38,298 nucleotides of DNA. Source: a virus (Duplodnaviria; Caudoviricetes). The notes under the pieces are model-generated. The model was not told where the DNA came from, made no database searches, and saw only the letters and a list, made by a program, of their open reading frames with translations. The stretch covers positions 1-38,298 of the IMG/VR virus record IMGVR_UViG_3300043039_000107. One strand, written 5' to 3'. Each line of letters opens with the position of its first letter. Within the stretch, counting starts at the first letter, position 1. This document shows, one piece after another, positions 35,408 through 38,298 of the stretch. The translations under genes were made by a program, and so were the position numbers.

Positions 35408-38298
35408 CTATCCCTTATAACCTGTTTCTTTGTTATGAGCATTTACTCCATTAGCAATACTTGGGAGCATTCTGAAGACTTCTGCTCTAGTTTGACGTGA
35501 TACGTCACCTGTAATGTTAAGATTAATAACTTGCTGTGGTGTATCCTTTACTTTGCGCTTGGTCGGTTTAGCATCATTTCTCATCGGTAATGTAGAATTG
35601 ATACCAGTTACAGGACCACCTGTTGCGAAATGTGGAATAAGGCCACGATTAATGTTCTCGAGGAGTCTGCGATGTTTCTTGGTTTGCTTGGCATTAATAA
35701 CATATTCGCCATTTGACAATCTAGCGTAGATAGAATCAGAGGTACCAGTACCCGGACCAGTAATATAACCACCTGTAGCGGCAGCCACACTATTTCCAAA
35801 GAGCCCAGAGACAAATGTCATAGCAGTCCCAAAGAAACCACTTAGACCACTACCGGCAGACATCAAAGCATCACCAATACCTGTAACAATCCCAGAGAAA
35901 AAGGAAAATACTTTTGAGCCTAAACCATCATTTTGTGTCAAGGTATCACTGATCCCATCAAACATTCCTTTAAAAACGCCTGAAACGTTCTCATAAAGAC
36001 TTGATCCAAAAGATTGGAGGCTTTCTGTAAGTTTACCATTTTCACCAGTCAATGGATCTAACATGCCATTGATAAATGTATCAATTATGCTATTAGTAAG
36101 TGTACTGGCGATATTGGCAACAAAATCTCCTATATCATTTTCACCTTTAAGGAGACCCTGGAAAGCACTAGTAAGGCCTGAATGGACTGAAGTAGCCATT
36201 TCAATACCAGCTTGTTTAATTGACTCTAATCTAGACAGCTTAGGATCTTTTGAAGATCTCTCAATTTCATCTTCAAGATGCCGTTTAGCTGTATTTACCA
36301 AAGATTGTGCTGCACGTTTCTCTTGGGGCGAAGCACCTTCAGCTTGCATTATTGCTGTTTGTTCTTCAATGGTCTTTAAAAGACCGGCAATCTTAGACCG
36401 TCCTGCCATATCGATCATATTAAATGCAGAATCTTCAATATTGATACCAATATCATTTAATGCAAATTTAGTCTTTGCACCAAAATCTTTCTTGCTAACA
36501 GCTATAAGAGCATTTTCAATAAGTCTTTGCATGTCATCTGCTACTTGTTTTGCAGTTTTGTTACCTGCACCGACATCTTGAAGTTTACGTTCTTGTTGAA
36601 TATCTAGCGCAGCATTATACAATTGCTGTAAATCAACCAAAGATAGCTGTTGAAGCTGTTCTTTCATTTCAGATAGTTTCGGTACCACTCCTGTAATTGT
36701 GTCAACAACTTCAGAAGTTTTCATTGTACTAAAGCTATCCTTTGCTAAGATTGCGCTTACACCACTTTGGAGATATTGAAGTTGTGTTGCAAATGATGCT
36801 TCACGTTGTTCTTTGAAAACATTCATAGCATCATTAAGTGGTTTGCTAAAATTGACATCCGAAGATTTAGCTGAGTTTTGATCTGATTTATCTTTAGCTG
36901 AGTTTTGATCTGATTTATCTTTAGCTGAGTTTTGGTCTGATTTATCTTTAGTGAGATTTGTACCCAGATATTTTGTTAAGGTACCATCTAATTTATCAAG
37001 CATTGTCCTAGCACTATCTGCCAGCTGAATCTGCAGTTCTTCAGGTAACATTGCAAATTCTTCTTTAGACAAATTAAGACTGAAAGCCTGATTAATCGAA
37101 TCAAGTTTACCAGCAAAGGTATCGAATATCTTTTGCATTCGATTTAGAATCGTCTCAGCTTCATCCAACTCAGCTACAATTTGCTCAAAAGGCTTAGTTT
37201 TATCACCGGATTCAATTAGATGATTAAGATAAATGACGCTTTTCTGTGCATCAATTATTTGCGTACGCATTTCTTTTGGAATGGCAAGCAATTTCTTATT
37301 ATCAGAGAATCCAGCATCTTTCAATAATTGGAATTGGCTTGAAATAGTCTTTCCAAGATTATTAAAGAAAGATTTAAAAGCAAGCCTAGCGGCCTTAATC
37401 TTATTCGTAAGAATTTGATCAAATTCAGCCTTCGATACTACTTCATCAGTCTGTGACATTGACTTATTAATATCTTTGACTAATGTGTTAGCTTCGACTA
37501 GATTATTTAAACTAGACTTATCCATTGCAGCGATATCTTCAAGGGATATATTAATGCCCAGTGAAGATATATTACTGATAAATGTTTGCAGATCAGTTGG
37601 GGTTTCACTCAAAGCTTCACGAATATTATACAACCTTTTATAAAGTGATTCAATACCACTGGTATTCCCTGAAAGCTCTGCTTGATAGATCTTATCTTGA
37701 ACTTCCTTGAAATCTTTCAAGAGACTTAAAGATCTATCGAACCCCTTAGAACGAACTACTTGGCTAAGATCAACGCCTGCCATTCCAGCAAGATCATTTG
37801 ATAAAAGTACTTGATTTGTATCGTTAAATAACTTAAGAATCTTTTGATCGATATTCTTTTTATCACGCTCGATCTTAGCATACTGCATAAGATAATCACG
37901 TTCAGTGGGTGCCATTTGTGACATCAATCGAGTTACAAATTGACGAGACTGCGCAGGACTGATACCCATCATCTTAGTGTATCTATTCTCTTCACCATTA
38001 AATAATGCTGAAAGATTTTCCATAAAGGATTTTTGATCTACACTAACACGTCGCAAGAAAAAGAGACGATCTCTATCAGAAGGTGCAAGATTTTCTAAGA
38101 GCTCTTTATGTGCCTTGTCATAGGTAGTTCCAATATTAGACAGAGTACTAGGAAATTTAGTTTGTAAAAGTTCAGAAGCTGTTTGAATCTTAGTCATCTC
38201 AGCGAATAATTGCTGAGCTACCTCATCACCAAGACCTCTAAAAGATCTATCAGATGCCCAGTTAATACCTATAGATTCTGCTAAAGACTTAAGCTTGA
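35408..38298 (-). CDS. tail tape measure protein, 5'-truncated
   Basis: Frame open from the window edge; C-terminal ATGGYITGPGTGTSDSIYARLSNGEYVINA; long helical body. Confidence 0.9.
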   Translation of the reverse strand, partial: KLKSLAESIGINWASDRSFRGLGDEVAQQLFAEMTKIQTASELLQTKFPSTLSNIGTTYDKAHKELLENLAPSDRDRLFFLRRVSVDQKSFMENLSALFNGEENRYTKMMGISPAQSRQFVTRLMSQMAPTERDYLMQYAKIERDKKNIDQKILKLFNDTNQVLLSNDLAGMAGVDLSQVVRSKGFDRSLSLLKDFKEVQDKIYQAELSGNTSGIESLYKRLYNIREALSETPTDLQTFISNISSLGINISLEDIAAMDKSSLNNLVEANTLVKDINKSMSQTDEVVSKAEFDQILTNKIKAARLAFKSFFNNLGKTISSQFQLLKDAGFSDNKKLLAIPKEMRTQIIDAQKSVIYLNHLIESGDKTKPFEQIVAELDEAETILNRMQKIFDTFAGKLDSINQAFSLNLSKEEFAMLPEELQIQLADSARTMLDKLDGTLTKYLGTNLTKDKSDQNSAKDKSDQNSAKDKSDQNSAKSSDVNFSKPLNDAMNVFKEQREASFATQLQYLQSGVSAILAKDSFSTMKTSEVVDTITGVVPKLSEMKEQLQQLSLVDLQQLYNAALDIQQERKLQDVGAGNKTAKQVADDMQRLIENALIAVSKKDFGAKTKFALNDIGINIEDSAFNMIDMAGRSKIAGLLKTIEEQTAIMQAEGASPQEKRAAQSLVNTAKRHLEDEIERSSKDPKLSRLESIKQAGIEMATSVHSGLTSAFQGLLKGENDIGDFVANIASTLTNSIIDTFINGMLDPLTGENGKLTESLQSFGSSLYENVSGVFKGMFDGISDTLTQNDGLGSKVFSFFSGIVTGIGDALMSAGSGLSGFFGTAMTFVSGLFGNSVAAATGGYITGPGTGTSDSIYARLSNGEYVINAKQTKKHRRLLENINRGLIPHFATGGPVTGINSTLPMRNDAKPTKRKVKDTPQQVINLNITGDVSRQTRAEVFRMLPSIANGVNAHNKETGYKG
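36866..36951. repeat. 27-bp tandem repeat, 3.2 copies (KDKSDQNSA)
   Basis: TTTAGCTGAGTTTTGATCTGATTTATC three times with one substitution. Confidence 0.95.

Noticed and set aside
36063-36581. 172-aa plus-strand ORF and the other short plus-strand ORFs in the track
   Set aside because: Antisense to confident genes, with no RBS or motif support.
1-38298. tRNA or rRNA genes, integrase, repressor
   Set aside because: No cloverleaf with a T-loop consensus in intergenic regions and no recombinase motifs found by eye; tRNAscan-SE was not run.

Overview
This window is a fragment of an AT-rich tailed dsDNA phage genome, with essentially all credible genes on the minus strand. In transcription order (right to left) it holds five blocks. 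(1) A siphovirus-type tail module: 5'-truncated tape measure protein, T5 pb9-like distal tail protein, hub-like protein, a 2827-aa repeat-rich tail tip/fibre, then a GNAT-fold gene. (2) A holin-like gene and an M15 endolysin. (3) An early-type region of small and membrane genes ending in a T7-like single-subunit RNA polymerase. (4) A T7-like replication and nucleotide module: SSB, DUF3310-like, family A DNA polymerase, HAD hydrolase, 5'-3' exonuclease, GIY-YIG-like, primase-helicase, monomeric class II RNR, ATP-dependent ligase, nucleotidyltransferase and HD protein. (5) Small hypothetical genes. The most striking observation is a well-formed integron attC-like site (23808-23873), with no integrase in the window. 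It overlaps the stop codon of an inverted 52-aa gene that sits first downstream of a putative early promoter. Other observations are two candidate promoter motif families, twin hairpins with identical loops, several structured intergenic regions, coupled active-site substitutions in the DNA polymerase, a KxNG ligase and two genes broken at homopolymers. All family assignments come from motif recognition by eye; no database searches were run.
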